DNA from: Armatimonadota bacterium
GTDB lineage: Bacteria; Armatimonadota; Zipacnadia; Zipacnadales; UBA5352
Direction: 5' to 3'
Length of the DNA: 45,816 nucleotides
Assembly (NCBI GenBank): GCA_049975765.1
Contig: JBNGDZ010000003.1
Location: 6,269-52,084 of the forward strand
The translations under genes and the position numbers were made by a program. Shown here in pieces: positions 1 to 10,000 of this stretch (positions are counted from its first letter, which is position 1; every line of letters begins with the position of its first letter). Below the pieces are notes generated by a model. The model was not told the DNA's origin and did no database searches. It worked only from the letters and a program-made list of their open reading frames with translations.

Positions 1-765
1 GTGCCTGACGTCCACGATGGGCAGCGCCGGCCAGAACCAGTGCAGCCCGTTGTAGAGATCGAGGCCGGCGGCCAGTAGTATGCCGATCCAGAGCACGCGG
101 TCGGCGAAGAAGCGGCGGCTGCCGCCATCCTCGGTCATCGCCAGCGGAAGCTGGACGATGGGGTAGCCCAGCTTCTCCCGCTCCGTCCACTGCCGCCGCA
201 GCAGCACGCAGATGCCCACCATCACCAGCCCCACGGCCAGCACGACCGCCACCCACCACAGCACCGGCCACAGCCATGCCGTCACCCGGCCGGGCCGGTA
301 CAGCGTATCGTGGCCCTCGTAGAAGGGCTCCACAACACTGAGGTCGTTGACCGTGGCGAACTCCGGCAGATACGGCTGGATGAGGTTCTCCCAGTCGTTG
401 GCCTCGGTGGCAAACCACGCGACGTGGCTGAGATTCGGCACGCCGAGCTGCAGAGTATCGTGGCCCGCGAGCATCACGGCGATACAGACCATGACGTAGA
501 CGGTCACCAGCTCTGCCTGCGTGAACGCCCACCGAGGCTGCACGAGGCGGATGAGGGCGTTGACCAGCAGCAGGACGATGATGTTGAAGACCACGCCCCA
601 GGGCAGGGCCATGACGCTAGGGTGGCCCGTGTGCCAGATGCCCTCCACCATCATGACCCAGTAGACGTTGAAGGGGATCAGCACCGCGCCGAGCACCAGC
701 GCCCTGGTGGTCACCGCGGGGCGGTGGACCTGCGCCGATGTCTTCGTCAAAGCGTCACGGGGCAT
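1..765 (-). CDS. Polytopic integral membrane protein, N-terminal 255 aa (gene runs off the left edge); function unknown, possibly a DUF6785-like family
   Basis: My own translation of the minus strand from ATG 765..763 stays open to position 1: MPRDALTKTSAQVHRPAVTTRALVLGAVLIPFNVYWVMMVEGIWHTGHPSVMALPWGVVFNIIVLLLVNALIRLV...WLWPVLWWVAVVLAVGLVMVGICVLLRRQWTEREKLGYPIVQLPL. It has several hydrophobic helices and GC-rich third codon positions. It is absent from the ORF track because no stop lies inside the window. The + ORF 310..1137 is its antisense shadow. The family assignment is from memory only. Confidence 0.65.
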   Translation of the reverse strand, partial: MPRDALTKTSAQVHRPAVTTRALVLGAVLIPFNVYWVMMVEGIWHTGHPSVMALPWGVVFNIIVLLLVNALIRLVQPRWAFTQAELVTVYVMVCIAVMLAGHDTLQLGVPNLSHVAWFATEANDWENLIQPYLPEFATVNDLSVVEPFYEGHDTLYRPGRVTAWLWPVLWWVAVVLAVGLVMVGICVLLRRQWTEREKLGYPIVQLPLAMTEDGGSRRFFADRVLWIGILLAAGLDLYNGLHWFWPALPIVDVRH

Positions 766-1238
766 CAGGTGGATCCTTTGATGTGGTCACGGAGCGTCCG
801 CCCGGCCTTCAGCACCAGCCCAGAGCCTCACAGTCCTCAGGGCCGGTGCCTCTCGGACGAGGCGAAGTGCGGTCCCCACCGGCGAGCCACGACCGGCAGT
901 CGAAAGCACCGGCTGCTTGATGGCGCCAACCGCATTGGCAGATGCCTTGAAGTTGGGGCGCTCCGCCCGCATTCGCTGAGAGAATCTGTGCTGTGCACAC
1001 CGCTGCAGGATGCTCTTTTCATGAGGACGCTTCTCTACACCTGCGTGCCCGCGGTATCATATCACTATGGAGGACCTGAGTATTCGAGACCACGTCACGA
1101 CCCCGGCGCCTTGTGTGGGCGAGTGCAAACAGTGTAGACTGCTGTTCGGAAGGGAAAGCAGGCGTTCCCGGCGAAGACAGGGCAGCCACGTGTGACGAAT
1201 CCTCAGGGCGGTCCGTACTCAGAGTGTGGAGGGCAGTA

Positions 1239-2129
1239 ATGTCTGTGGGAGACCTGCCTGACAGTCCGGATGAGATCTGCCGCATCTGCATGAACGCAGT
1301 GAATGAGGACAACAGCGTGGCGGATGATGTTGCTGCACTGCTGCAGGAATGTGAGAGCATCGAGGAGCGCGCCGCCTACTGCCATGACCTGAGGGGTCTC
1401 CTCTGTCCGTTCCGCAATGTTGAGGATATCTGCGATGCCGGCGCCCGCGGATACTGCTATGCCATCTGCAAGAGGGCCGTTGATCTACTGGGAGGTCTGG
1501 TCGGTTCGGTAGTCGTGGCGGTGTTACTGCCCTTCGTCGCTGTGGCCATCAAACTCCAGTCCCGTGGTCCAGTTTTCTTCAGCCAGAAGCGGATCGGGCT
1601 GCATGGGAAGCCGTTCTCGATGGTCAAGTTCCGAACCATGCACGAGAGGACCAGCGAGGAAGCCCGGTGGGCCAACGAGGAGGAGGAGCGGATCTTCGGG
1701 TTCGGCGCCTTCATGCGGCGGTTTCACATCGACGAGTTCCCCCAGTTCTTCAGTGTGCTGGTGGGTCACATGAGTCTCGTCGGGCCCCGTCCCGAGCAGG
1801 TTCCGATCGTGGAGCGCCTGAGGAAGAAAATCCCGCACTACGACGCCCGCCACTGTGTGCCGCCGGGCATCACGGGTTGGGCCCAGGTGAGGCACGGCTA
1901 CGCGGGCTGTGAGCTGAGCAGTTGGATCAAGACAGCGTCTGACCTCTACTACGTCGCCCGCCGAAGCCTGTGGCTGGACATGTCGATCCTCTTCCGCACG
2001 CTGCTCGCCGTAGCGGCGGCGGAGGGCAGCCGGGATACCGAGGGCGAGCATGCCCGCGAAGCGAGCGTGGCTCTGGAAGGCCAGAGGGGCGATGCCGGAT
2101 CGGCGAAAGCACGAGGCCACGGCCTGTAG
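1239..2129 (+). CDS. Polyprenyl-phosphate sugar-1-phosphate transferase (Bac_transf family; WbaP/PglC-type priming enzyme)
   Basis: Track ORF 1113..2129. The C-terminal ~200 aa carry family hallmarks: KRAVDLLGGLVGSVVV (TM helix), PVFFSQKRIGLHGKPFSMVKFRTM, DEFPQFFSVLVGHMSLVGPRP, PGITGWAQV. Start trimmed to ATG 1239, which has GGAGGG about 8 nt upstream. No in-frame ATG/GTG/TTG lies immediately before the KRAVD helix, so a Cys-rich N-terminal extension of at least 50 aa is real. Confidence 0.85.
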   Translation: MSVGDLPDSPDEICRICMNAVNEDNSVADDVAALLQECESIEERAAYCHDLRGLLCPFRNVEDICDAGARGYCYAICKRAVDLLGGLVGSVVVAVLLPFVAVAIKLQSRGPVFFSQKRIGLHGKPFSMVKFRTMHERTSEEARWANEEEERIFGFGAFMRRFHIDEFPQFFSVLVGHMSLVGPRPEQVPIVERLRKKIPHYDARHCVPPGITGWAQVRHGYAGCELSSWIKTASDLYYVARRSLWLDMSILFRTLLAVAAAEGSRDTEGEHAREASVALEGQRGDAGSAKARGHGL

Positions 2130-2181
2130 TGAGGGAGCGCCCCCCGCATGCGGGAGCGGCCAACGGGTCGGCTACTTCCCT

Positions 2182-3384
2182 CTACTCCTGCGGCACCGGC
2201 ATCGGCAGCCCCTTCTCGCGCAGGAGTCTGAGGTACTCCGAGTGGAGGGCGTTCCAGACCATCTCGTTCCGGAACTGGTCGCATACGCGCTCTCGGGCTG
2301 CCCGGCCGTGACGCAGTCGCAGGTCCGGATCCTCGACGTAGGTGAGTATGGCCTCCCGCAGTGATTCGACGGCTCCCACGGGAACCTGCAGGCCGGTGAC
2401 TCCATCCTCGACAGCGTCGATGCAGCCCAGTGCATCAGTAGTTACCAGTGGCAGGCCCATGGCCCCGGCCTCCAGTGCTATGGTGGGGAGGCCCTCGCGA
2501 TAGCTCGGTGCCAGGCAGAAGTCCATGGCGCCGTAGAGCGGAACCACCTCATCAACCCAGCCCGTGAGCTTGATCCGCGGGTCCTCCTCCACGACGCGGC
2601 GTGTGTCCGGGCTGACCGGATCGGTCTCATCGAAATCCCCGACCAGCAGTAGGTAGAGATCGGTGACCTCTTCGCGGAGCAGTGACCACGCCTCGACGAT
2701 CTCCTCGATCCCCTTGTCCCGCACTATGCGGCCGAGGAAGCCCGCCACGACGGCGTTCTCGGGCACGCCGAGGTGCTGACGGACGCGAGCGCGAGATCCC
2801 GGTTCGAGGCGCTCAGGATTGAACCTGTGTTCCACATCCACCCCGTTACCGTGCCCACTGGCCAGGACTCTGGCACGCTCGGCGGTGCAGACGCCGTTCT
2901 CGATCATAGCCTGACGGACGGACGGGCTGACACAGAGGACGCTGTCGGCGAGTCGGCAGGCCACCTTCTCAGCCTGCATCACCATCAACCGCTGCAGACC
3001 GGTCAGGGTCCACCATCTGAGCCCGTTAGCATGGTAGATCCTCACCGGCACGCCGGTTGACCAGCCCGCCATCATGGTCAGATAGCCGGCTTTTGGGGTG
3101 CTGCTATGCACTACAAGGGGCTGGAGGTCGGTGAAGATGCGCCGCAAAGCACTCAAGCCGTGCAGATCCCGCGCGGGAGATATGCTACGGAACATCTCTA
3201 CCTCGTGGACAGCCACCTGCTCGCGCTCAGCAAACTTCTCCAGGAACTCCCCGGGAGGCGCCACCACATGCACGTCCCAACCTCGGCTGCGGAGAAACCT
3301 CCCCTGTCCATCCATGAAGTTCCAGAAGTGGTAGGCATCGGTGGCCACTCGAATCAGCAGAGGCTGCCCGTTGGAGTCACTCAT
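2182..3384 (-). CDS. Glycosyltransferase, GT4 family (Glycos_transf_1)
   Basis: Track ORF 2182..3450. GT-B C-terminal domain motifs: LLLVGDFDETD, APSYREGLPTIALEAGAMGLPLVTTDALGCIDAVEDGVTGLQVP. Start trimmed to ATG 3384 (MSDSNGQPLLIRV...), which has GGGGAG upstream. Confidence 0.85.
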   Translation of the reverse strand: MSDSNGQPLLIRVATDAYHFWNFMDGQGRFLRSRGWDVHVVAPPGEFLEKFAEREQVAVHEVEMFRSISPARDLHGLSALRRIFTDLQPLVVHSSTPKAGYLTMMAGWSTGVPVRIYHANGLRWWTLTGLQRLMVMQAEKVACRLADSVLCVSPSVRQAMIENGVCTAERARVLASGHGNGVDVEHRFNPERLEPGSRARVRQHLGVPENAVVAGFLGRIVRDKGIEEIVEAWSLLREEVTDLYLLLVGDFDETDPVSPDTRRVVEEDPRIKLTGWVDEVVPLYGAMDFCLAPSYREGLPTIALEAGAMGLPLVTTDALGCIDAVEDGVTGLQVPVGAVESLREAILTYVEDPDLRLRHGRAARERVCDQFRNEMVWNALHSEYLRLLREKGLPMPVPQE

Positions 3385-3467
3385 CCCAGATGCTCCCCTA
3401 TCAACAGCTACCATCCCGCGCCAGAGGCCCCCGGCCGGTGCCCCGTGCACCCCACAGGGACCGCAAT

Positions 3468-4676
3468 CTACCGCCGATCACTCAGCCACTGCTGTGTTCT
3501 CTCGCGCACGTGCTGATACATCTCGTTTCGCCGCACATCCATGCGCTCGTCACGGTACTCCCGGGCCTTCTCCAGATTCCTCTGCGACATCCGGGTCATA
3601 CGTTCCGGATCTCTGGTCACCTCGCAGATCTTATCCGCCAGCGCGCGGGCATCGCCTGCAGGAACGAGGTCCTCTTCGTGAAGCAACTCAGGGATGCCTC
3701 CCACGGTCGAGCCTATGCACGGAAGGCCTCTGGCCATGGCCTCAACCAGTGCCTTCGGCAGTCCCTCGGCTCGGGATGGGAATGCGAAGAGGTCGGCTGC
3801 GTCCAGATGCTCCATAACTGCTTTGCCAGCCGGCACCTGCCCAATGAAGTGGACTCGGTCGCCGACGCCGCGCTGCTGGGCCCTTTGCTGCATCTCTGCG
3901 CGGTGTGGGCCGTCTCCCAGCCAGGTCATGCTCACATCAAGGCCCCTCTCGACACACTGCGCCACGGCGTCAACCAGAACGTCAGGGCCTTTGTAGAGGC
4001 GCCGGAGCGTGCCTACTGAGACCAGGGAGAGCCTGGAGGGAGAGTCAAACTGCCGTGGTTGCGCGAGCAGGTCATCGTCGGAGAGAACCAGTTGCGAGTA
4101 GTAGGTCACGAAGGCATCCCCAGCCGGGGGATACCTCAGTCGCTGCGCCTGGCTGCAATATGCGACGGCGCAAGCGCCGGCACACTGCAGGCGCACCTGC
4201 CTGGTGAAGTGCCATCTCAACAGCGGCTGGAAGGGGTGCTTGTTGCCCTCTGGTGCATATGTGTTGTAGGGGTCGCCAGCGACCTCCACACCGTAGGGGT
4301 GACCGGTCTTGCGCAGCCTCCTCCACAGCAGGTCACTTACGAGGCTGGGAAGCCGAAGGATGTAGGCGCTGTCAGGGGAAAAGGCCCGCTCTATACCTCT
4401 GTTGATCTGGCGGTAGTTGGCCAGCAGGGCAAGCGGGCCCCGGAAGCCGGGAAGCTCGATCACAGACACATCGGGGCCTCTCACCGGCTTTGCGCAGGGA
4501 TCCTCCTCCTCGAAGACCCGTCCGACTACGGTGACGTGATCGAAGACAGCCAGGTACCTGCGCCAGAGTCTCTCGTAGTTCTTGACGTTGGAGGCTGGCT
4601 GGCCGTTATTGCGCACGAATCGGGCTTGAGCACCAATGACACAATGCACAGTGTTTGCTCCAGTCGAGGATGGCAT
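3468..4676 (-). CDS. Glycosyltransferase, GT4 family (Glycos_transf_1)
   Basis: 402-aa ORF. C-terminal motifs: FPSRAEGLPKALVEAMARGLPCIGSTVGGIPELL and HFIGQVP. Same strand and cluster as the neighbouring GT4. Confidence 0.85.
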   Translation of the reverse strand: MPSSTGANTVHCVIGAQARFVRNNGQPASNVKNYERLWRRYLAVFDHVTVVGRVFEEEDPCAKPVRGPDVSVIELPGFRGPLALLANYRQINRGIERAFSPDSAYILRLPSLVSDLLWRRLRKTGHPYGVEVAGDPYNTYAPEGNKHPFQPLLRWHFTRQVRLQCAGACAVAYCSQAQRLRYPPAGDAFVTYYSQLVLSDDDLLAQPRQFDSPSRLSLVSVGTLRRLYKGPDVLVDAVAQCVERGLDVSMTWLGDGPHRAEMQQRAQQRGVGDRVHFIGQVPAGKAVMEHLDAADLFAFPSRAEGLPKALVEAMARGLPCIGSTVGGIPELLHEEDLVPAGDARALADKICEVTRDPERMTRMSQRNLEKAREYRDERMDVRRNEMYQHVRERTQQWLSDRR

Positions 4677-4983
4677 GTCAACTACAGATCCGTGGGGCGC
4701 CGGCGGTGCTGCGCCGGCTGCTCCACCGACACCACGAGCATTCAGATTGGCAACGGCTCATAAGGCCCAAGGGAACGCCGGAGCGCGCGTGCGGCAGACC
4801 ACGGGGGCTAGAGAGTTATGCTCGAACGCGACCAGTCCTCTGAGCTCAATACCGCCAGGCTATTGAACCGCCGGAATCGTAGCAGATGGGCCTCGTCAGG
4901 TAAACACCATGCGCGATTCCCCGCTTGACGGCGGACAGGCCGAGAAGCGAGCTGCAGCAGGCGGCCGACATGCACTACGAGTC

Positions 4984-6018
4984 TCATTCCGCCCCCGCCC
5001 CCGTAGCTGCTGGCGCCGTCGCCCGCGCCGCCTCCAGCATAGTCATGCTCATCATGCCGCGCTCCTCACGCAGCCGCTGCAGGGCCGCGATAACCTCCTC
5101 CAGGAGCCTCAGCTTTCGCTCCGTGTCGAGGGCGAAGTTGTGCGGGTGCCACCACAGGTGGTAGACGAGGCCCCGCCTGGCGGCGTGGCTCATGCTCCTC
5201 GTGATGCGTCTGACCAGCAGCCTGTCGAACGTCTCCCCCCGCACCCGCCCCGGCCGGAACAGGCGACTGGCGGTCACGTCCCAAGGGACCCCGTTGCCGA
5301 CGCTGGCCGGGGGATGGCAATTGCATCCCGACAGCGGCAGCACCTCGTCGAGAACGCGTAGGACGCGGCGCAACGCGCGGGCCCGCTCCCTGCTGCTGCG
5401 GGGCCGCGCCAGCCAGCCCGGCGCATTGCCGCGATACGCCACGATACCGTGGTCTGCGCAGACGCGCAGGCAGTCCTCAGCGACCTGGTTCTTCGGGAAG
5501 ATGATGCTCTGTGGGCGGGGCCCGATCCGGCCCAGCACATGCAGCGAGGCGACCAGATCGGCCTCGAAGGCGGCGGTCGTGTGCCCCGGCTCGGTGCAGT
5601 GGTAGTGCAGGAAGGTGTGTGTGGCCAGCTCCTGTCCGGGCGCGTTGACGATACTGCGCACCAGATCCGGCGCGAAATGCAGTTGCTTTTCTCCGTCACC
5701 GCCCTCTACCTGACGAATGTACTGGTACGGACACAGATCAGGGCCCTTGAAGTCGCTCCTCACCTTCGGCAGGTTCGCTCGCAGCTCATCCCAGTCCTGC
5801 AGCGCCAGCGCCCCAACGGTGCCCCAGGTGGCGTGCACGTCGCGGCTGACGAAGAGGTCGAGGAGGCGCGGGACCACCTCCCGCGCTCCGCGTATCCTGG
5901 CCGGCCAGTCTGAGTCCCCCCTCGACCCGCGCAGACCCCAGCCAAGCTCGAAGTCCAGCGAGATCACCATGATCCCGCCCGACGGCCCTGAGGGGGGTGC
6001 GGATGCCTCCCTACTCAT
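4984..6018 (-). CDS. Polysaccharide deacetylase-family (CE4-like) protein
   Basis: 344-aa ORF. Contains IMVISLDFELGWG, DVHATWGTVGAL and ELATHTFLHYHC, matching the NodB-type Asp/His motif layout. Its start overlaps the sulfotransferase stop by 8 nt (ATGAGTAG), indicating translational coupling. Confidence 0.7.
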   Translation of the reverse strand: MSREASAPPSGPSGGIMVISLDFELGWGLRGSRGDSDWPARIRGAREVVPRLLDLFVSRDVHATWGTVGALALQDWDELRANLPKVRSDFKGPDLCPYQYIRQVEGGDGEKQLHFAPDLVRSIVNAPGQELATHTFLHYHCTEPGHTTAAFEADLVASLHVLGRIGPRPQSIIFPKNQVAEDCLRVCADHGIVAYRGNAPGWLARPRSSRERARALRRVLRVLDEVLPLSGCNCHPPASVGNGVPWDVTASRLFRPGRVRGETFDRLLVRRITRSMSHAARRGLVYHLWWHPHNFALDTERKLRLLEEVIAALQRLREERGMMSMTMLEAARATAPAATGAGAE

Positions 6019-6889
6019 CCCAGCCCATGTCCCTGCCCAGCAGATCGCTGAGGCGCTCGTTGTGTGGTGCGAAGAGTTCGGTCAGTCGCCGCCTGATTGC
6101 CGGGGGCATGTCGCCCGGCCGCGCTCTGTTGAAGGCCCTGTAGTCCCCCCTCCACTCGTCCAGCCCGATGAACGCGCCGACCTGGGGCATCACCCGCCCG
6201 GGCTCGGCGAACATGTCCTCGCTGCGCACGATCATGATCTGCTCCCGCGGAAAGCGCTCAAACCAGGCCGCCAGATGGTCGGCATAGATGCCCTGCGAGA
6301 TGTAGGCGAAATCCTGATACGTCCGGTCATAGTAATCCTCGGACCGCATTCGAGCCAGCGCCCCGTCGAGCCGCCGGCTCTCCTGCTCCAGGGCGTCCTC
6401 AAAGGTCAGAGTCTCGACCCCAATGCGCACGGCGTGCTTGTAGTGCGACCAGGCACGCTCCACAGGATCGCGCGTCAGAGCGATGAGCTTTACCTCCGGC
6501 AGCGTCTCGGCGATCCGCCCCGGCGCCAGCGGGTGGAAGATGTACTCGGGGCTTGCCTCCCCGGTGAAAGCCCCTCCCAACTCCCGCCGCAGACGGGCCA
6601 TCTCGGCCCGCAGTGGGAAGTGAGCGCGGTACCATCCCAGCCCGCGCCCGAAGTCGCGGTCGAAGAATCTCAGTTGCTTGCGGAAGGCCTGCAGCACCTG
6701 CGGGTGGCTGGTGAGGTTGTAGTAGAGCGACGATGTCCCGCACCTCATGGCGCCGAATACGATGAAGTCGGGCAGCACGCGCCTGTGACTCGTCATCAGG
6801 CGCGGCAGGCGCCTGGCGCTGTGTACCGCCTCCTTTACCGGCCTGGGAATGTGTGCCTTGACTCGGGCTATGAGCGGCTTGCTCACCAC
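6011..6889 (-). CDS. Sulfotransferase-family protein (PAPS-dependent)
   Basis: 292-aa ORF with a GTG start preceded by AGGGGA. The 5'-phosphosulfate binding loop FIVFGAMRCGTSSLYYNL is followed by a KLIALTRDPVERAWSHY (3'-PB-like) region. Confidence 0.8.
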   Translation of the reverse strand: MVSKPLIARVKAHIPRPVKEAVHSARRLPRLMTSHRRVLPDFIVFGAMRCGTSSLYYNLTSHPQVLQAFRKQLRFFDRDFGRGLGWYRAHFPLRAEMARLRRELGGAFTGEASPEYIFHPLAPGRIAETLPEVKLIALTRDPVERAWSHYKHAVRIGVETLTFEDALEQESRRLDGALARMRSEDYYDRTYQDFAYISQGIYADHLAAWFERFPREQIMIVRSEDMFAEPGRVMPQVGAFIGLDEWRGDYRAFNRARPGDMPPAIRRRLTELFAPHNERLSDLLGRDMGWDE

Positions 6890-7056
6890 GTTTGTCCCCT
6901 ATTCGGCCCGCCGCCAAACATTACGCTGATCCGTCAGGGCCCGGCGGGGAGAGCACGACTACCGGCAGAGCGGTAGGGATGTGACGGGCGCCGGAACGGA
7001 GCTGCCTCAGGCGCTATGAAACATCACAGGCACGGCGCGGTCCACAACAGCGGCCA

Positions 7057-10000
7057 TCAGTCCTCCGCCCTCTCCGCAGGAACGACGCTGATGACCACGT
7101 CCGCACTCGTGTCCCCGAAGTCCAACTCGATACCTTCCCGGAGCTTCCCCTCCCGCACCAGCGCCGCCGTTGCCGCATCCCAAACGCGATAACGACAGGG
7201 GCCATCGAAGCCGCGAAGCGTCACGCGCAGGCGCCTCCGTCGGTCGGGCATTCGACAGCGCTCCACGGCGTGGATGTCGCACTCCATGATCTCATAGCGC
7301 GTGGCGTTACGCACGTAAGCGACCATCCAGCGCCGGTCGGACGACAGGGCGTAGGTGGTGTGGTTGCCCTCGCTTACGCGCACCGGCGAGGCCGCCTCCG
7401 CCGCCCGCCGCAGCGCGTCCTCAGCCGCCGGCCCGATCTCCTCGCGCGCGTCGAGCGTCACCAGGTAGCCGGCGCGGTCCGCCTCCGACCCGATGTACTC
7501 GCAGTCCACGGCCTGCGCCTGGAGCATCTCCTCGCACGCCACCAGGCGGCGGGCCGTCTCGGCGTCTATCTCGTCAAAGACCACGGCCACCGGCGGCTGT
7601 GCTCGACGGAACCGCGTCCAGTCTACCAGATTCCCGGCCTCGGCGAAAGCCCTCCGCAGCTCCTCCAGGGGCGGGGCCGACCACGAGATGGCCATCGTCT
7701 GCTGCAGCGTCAGCGCCAGGCCCATGGCGTCGCGGAGCTTGACCTGGAATTGCGGTGTCACCTTGATGCCGCACGCGACCTCCCCGTGATAGCTGGGAGG
7801 CGCCAGGTCGTAGAAGCGCGCGCAGACCGCCATGAAGCAGTCGGTGGGATACTGATGGGTCTGATAGGCCCGATAGCCGACGCCACCGTCGGTAGCCGGG
7901 GCGAACTCGGCGTAGCTTGCGGGGTGCCCCTCCCGGCAGTTGAGGATACCGCCGCCCTGCTCCAGCACCACCATCTGCTGCGGCGCGTGCCGCTTGATGA
8001 GGCTGTAGGCTCGGTTGATCCACTCCACCGGCAGAGCCTGGTCGTTCTCGCCCATGATGGTATAGGCCATGACCGCCGGATCGGAGCCGATGAAGCCCAG
8101 CAGCTCGTTGAGGTACTGCGACAGCAGCGCCCACATCTCGTCGTTGCGCCACTGCATCTGCTCCGGGTAGCCGGCCTCGAAGTAGGCGCTGACCGGCGGT
8201 CCGAACTGATTGTAGGGGTAGTGGAAGAGGTTGATGACCGCCCGAATGCCGTGGCGGCGAGCCGCGTCGAGAATGTAGCTGAGCTGCTCCAGGCCATGCA
8301 TCGCCAGGTGCCCGCCCGCGTCCAGGTAGTACTCGCGCACTTGGACGTTCGGGGTGATTCGGATGACCTCGACGCCGCTGTCCGCCAGGTGCGCCACGTA
8401 GCGCTGTATGTCCGCCCGTGGCATGACCCGCCATTTGGTGTGGGAGAGGTCTGCGCCCGCCCCCACGGCGCCCGAATAGTCGTCCAGGCCGGTGATCATG
8501 CGCCGGTCAGCAGCGCCGAGCTTCTCGTAGAGCACCCATGCGAACAGGTCCCCCAGCAGCGGGCCGGACGCCTCGCCATCGGGGGTGCAGTAGCTGCGCC
8601 TGGCGCGGTCGTAGCGGCTGAGGAAGTCCAGGTCGGTGACAGTGACTACGGCGCTGCCGGTGGCGAGCGTTCCACCTCCCTCACTCGCCGCCCGGAGCGA
8701 GATCTCGTGGCGACCGACCGGCAGTCCGACCAGCTCCGCCCGCCTCAGGCCGCTCTCGCCGACCGACGTCAGCTCGACGGGTCGGCCGTTGACGGTCGCG
8801 TAGAGCTGCCCTTCGTGCCCAATCGCACCATCGGCTCCGACGACGATCGCCTCCAGGGGCACCCCCTGCCTGGCGACATCCAGGGGGACGACAACCGGAG
8901 TGCGAGGGAGCACGGCGGCGGCCCCCGGCACGGTCAGGCGCAATGTCAGCCCCGGCCGCTGCGGGCCCTCGTCAGTGGCGCGGACCGTGACCACGAAGTC
9001 CATCTCGGCGCGGGCGTTGGGGCGCCCGGAGGCGCGGTAGATCTTCCGGAGGTCGAGCTCCCCCTCCGAGGGCGCGTCGGTCTCCTCGGTCTCCGCCAGG
9101 CGCCACACGAATTGATGGCCGCCGTCCGTCGCGCTCACGGCCAGCGACCAGGACACACCCCGTGGCTGAGCCGACCATCGCAGCCGGGGATGCTGGTCCA
9201 GGTTCCACTGCAGGGCCCGCAGCGCGAAGGTGGCCTCCGTCTCGCCTTCGGGCAGCAGGAACTCGGTCGTCTGCGCATCCACGTGCCGGATGGTGGGCTG
9301 GTCCGGCCAGCGTGGAACCTTGGGCAGCACCCAGCGGCGCAGCCGCAGCCAGCGGGAGACGCCGGACTCGCCCGTGAGCGGCATCTCGCCGGACGCCTCC
9401 CACGCGATGCAGCCGCCCGAGAGCCCCTCCTCGCTCGTCAGCCACCGCGTGGCCTGGTTGTAGACCACGGGGATCGCCAGCGGGTCGCTGGTCCCCGGTG
9501 GCGGAGGCGACGCCACCGGGAGCTTCTGCGCCTCGATCTGCAGGTCGTCTATGCAGGTGGCACCGCGGTTCTGCTCGTACTCGTCGGGCAGGTCCGGTCC
9601 GAGACGGTGCGAGTTCTGGAAGAAGCGCAGGAAGTAGGGCCCTCGCGTCAGGGCCCGGTGCTCCCGGAGAGTCGCCAGCGGCCGGTCTGACCCATCAGAC
9701 GTCACCTCGAGGACCTGCTCGGTGGATGAGAGCGTGAGAGCCATCCGATACCATCGGCCCTCCCGCACCTGCCCCTGTGCCGCCCGCTGGCTTCCCAGGA
9801 CAACGCAATCGTCCAGGCCGCCGCCCCCCAGTCCCACGTTGAGCCCCGACCATTCCCCGGAGCGCCGCAGCAGGGCCAGACCGCAGAAGTAGGTGTTGGG
9901 GCTGTCCTGCGCGAGCTGCTGGCGCCACCGTACCGTGGCGGGGAGGGCGATCGAGCGGTGCAGCAGCGCCCACGCCCACTTCCCCGTCTCGGGCGTGGTA

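Noticed and set aside
787-972. Small minus-strand ORF (61 aa, MRAERPNFKASANAVGAIKQPVLSTAGRG...) in the 470-bp divergent intergenic region, with moderately good GC3 in its first half.
   Set aside because: It has no recognisable family and no convincing SD sequence. Three overlapping alternative-frame ORFs of similar size occupy the same place. There is not enough evidence to call a gene.
2143-2154. 12-nt palindrome CCCGCATGCGGG between the convergent sugar transferase and GT4 genes, and a 6-bp GC stem with a tetraloop at about 16022-16037 between the M24 and CE4 genes. Both were considered as possible terminators.
   Set aside because: The stems are very short (4-6 bp) and lack U-tracts. Such GC palindromes are frequent in high-GC DNA, so they are not reported as features.
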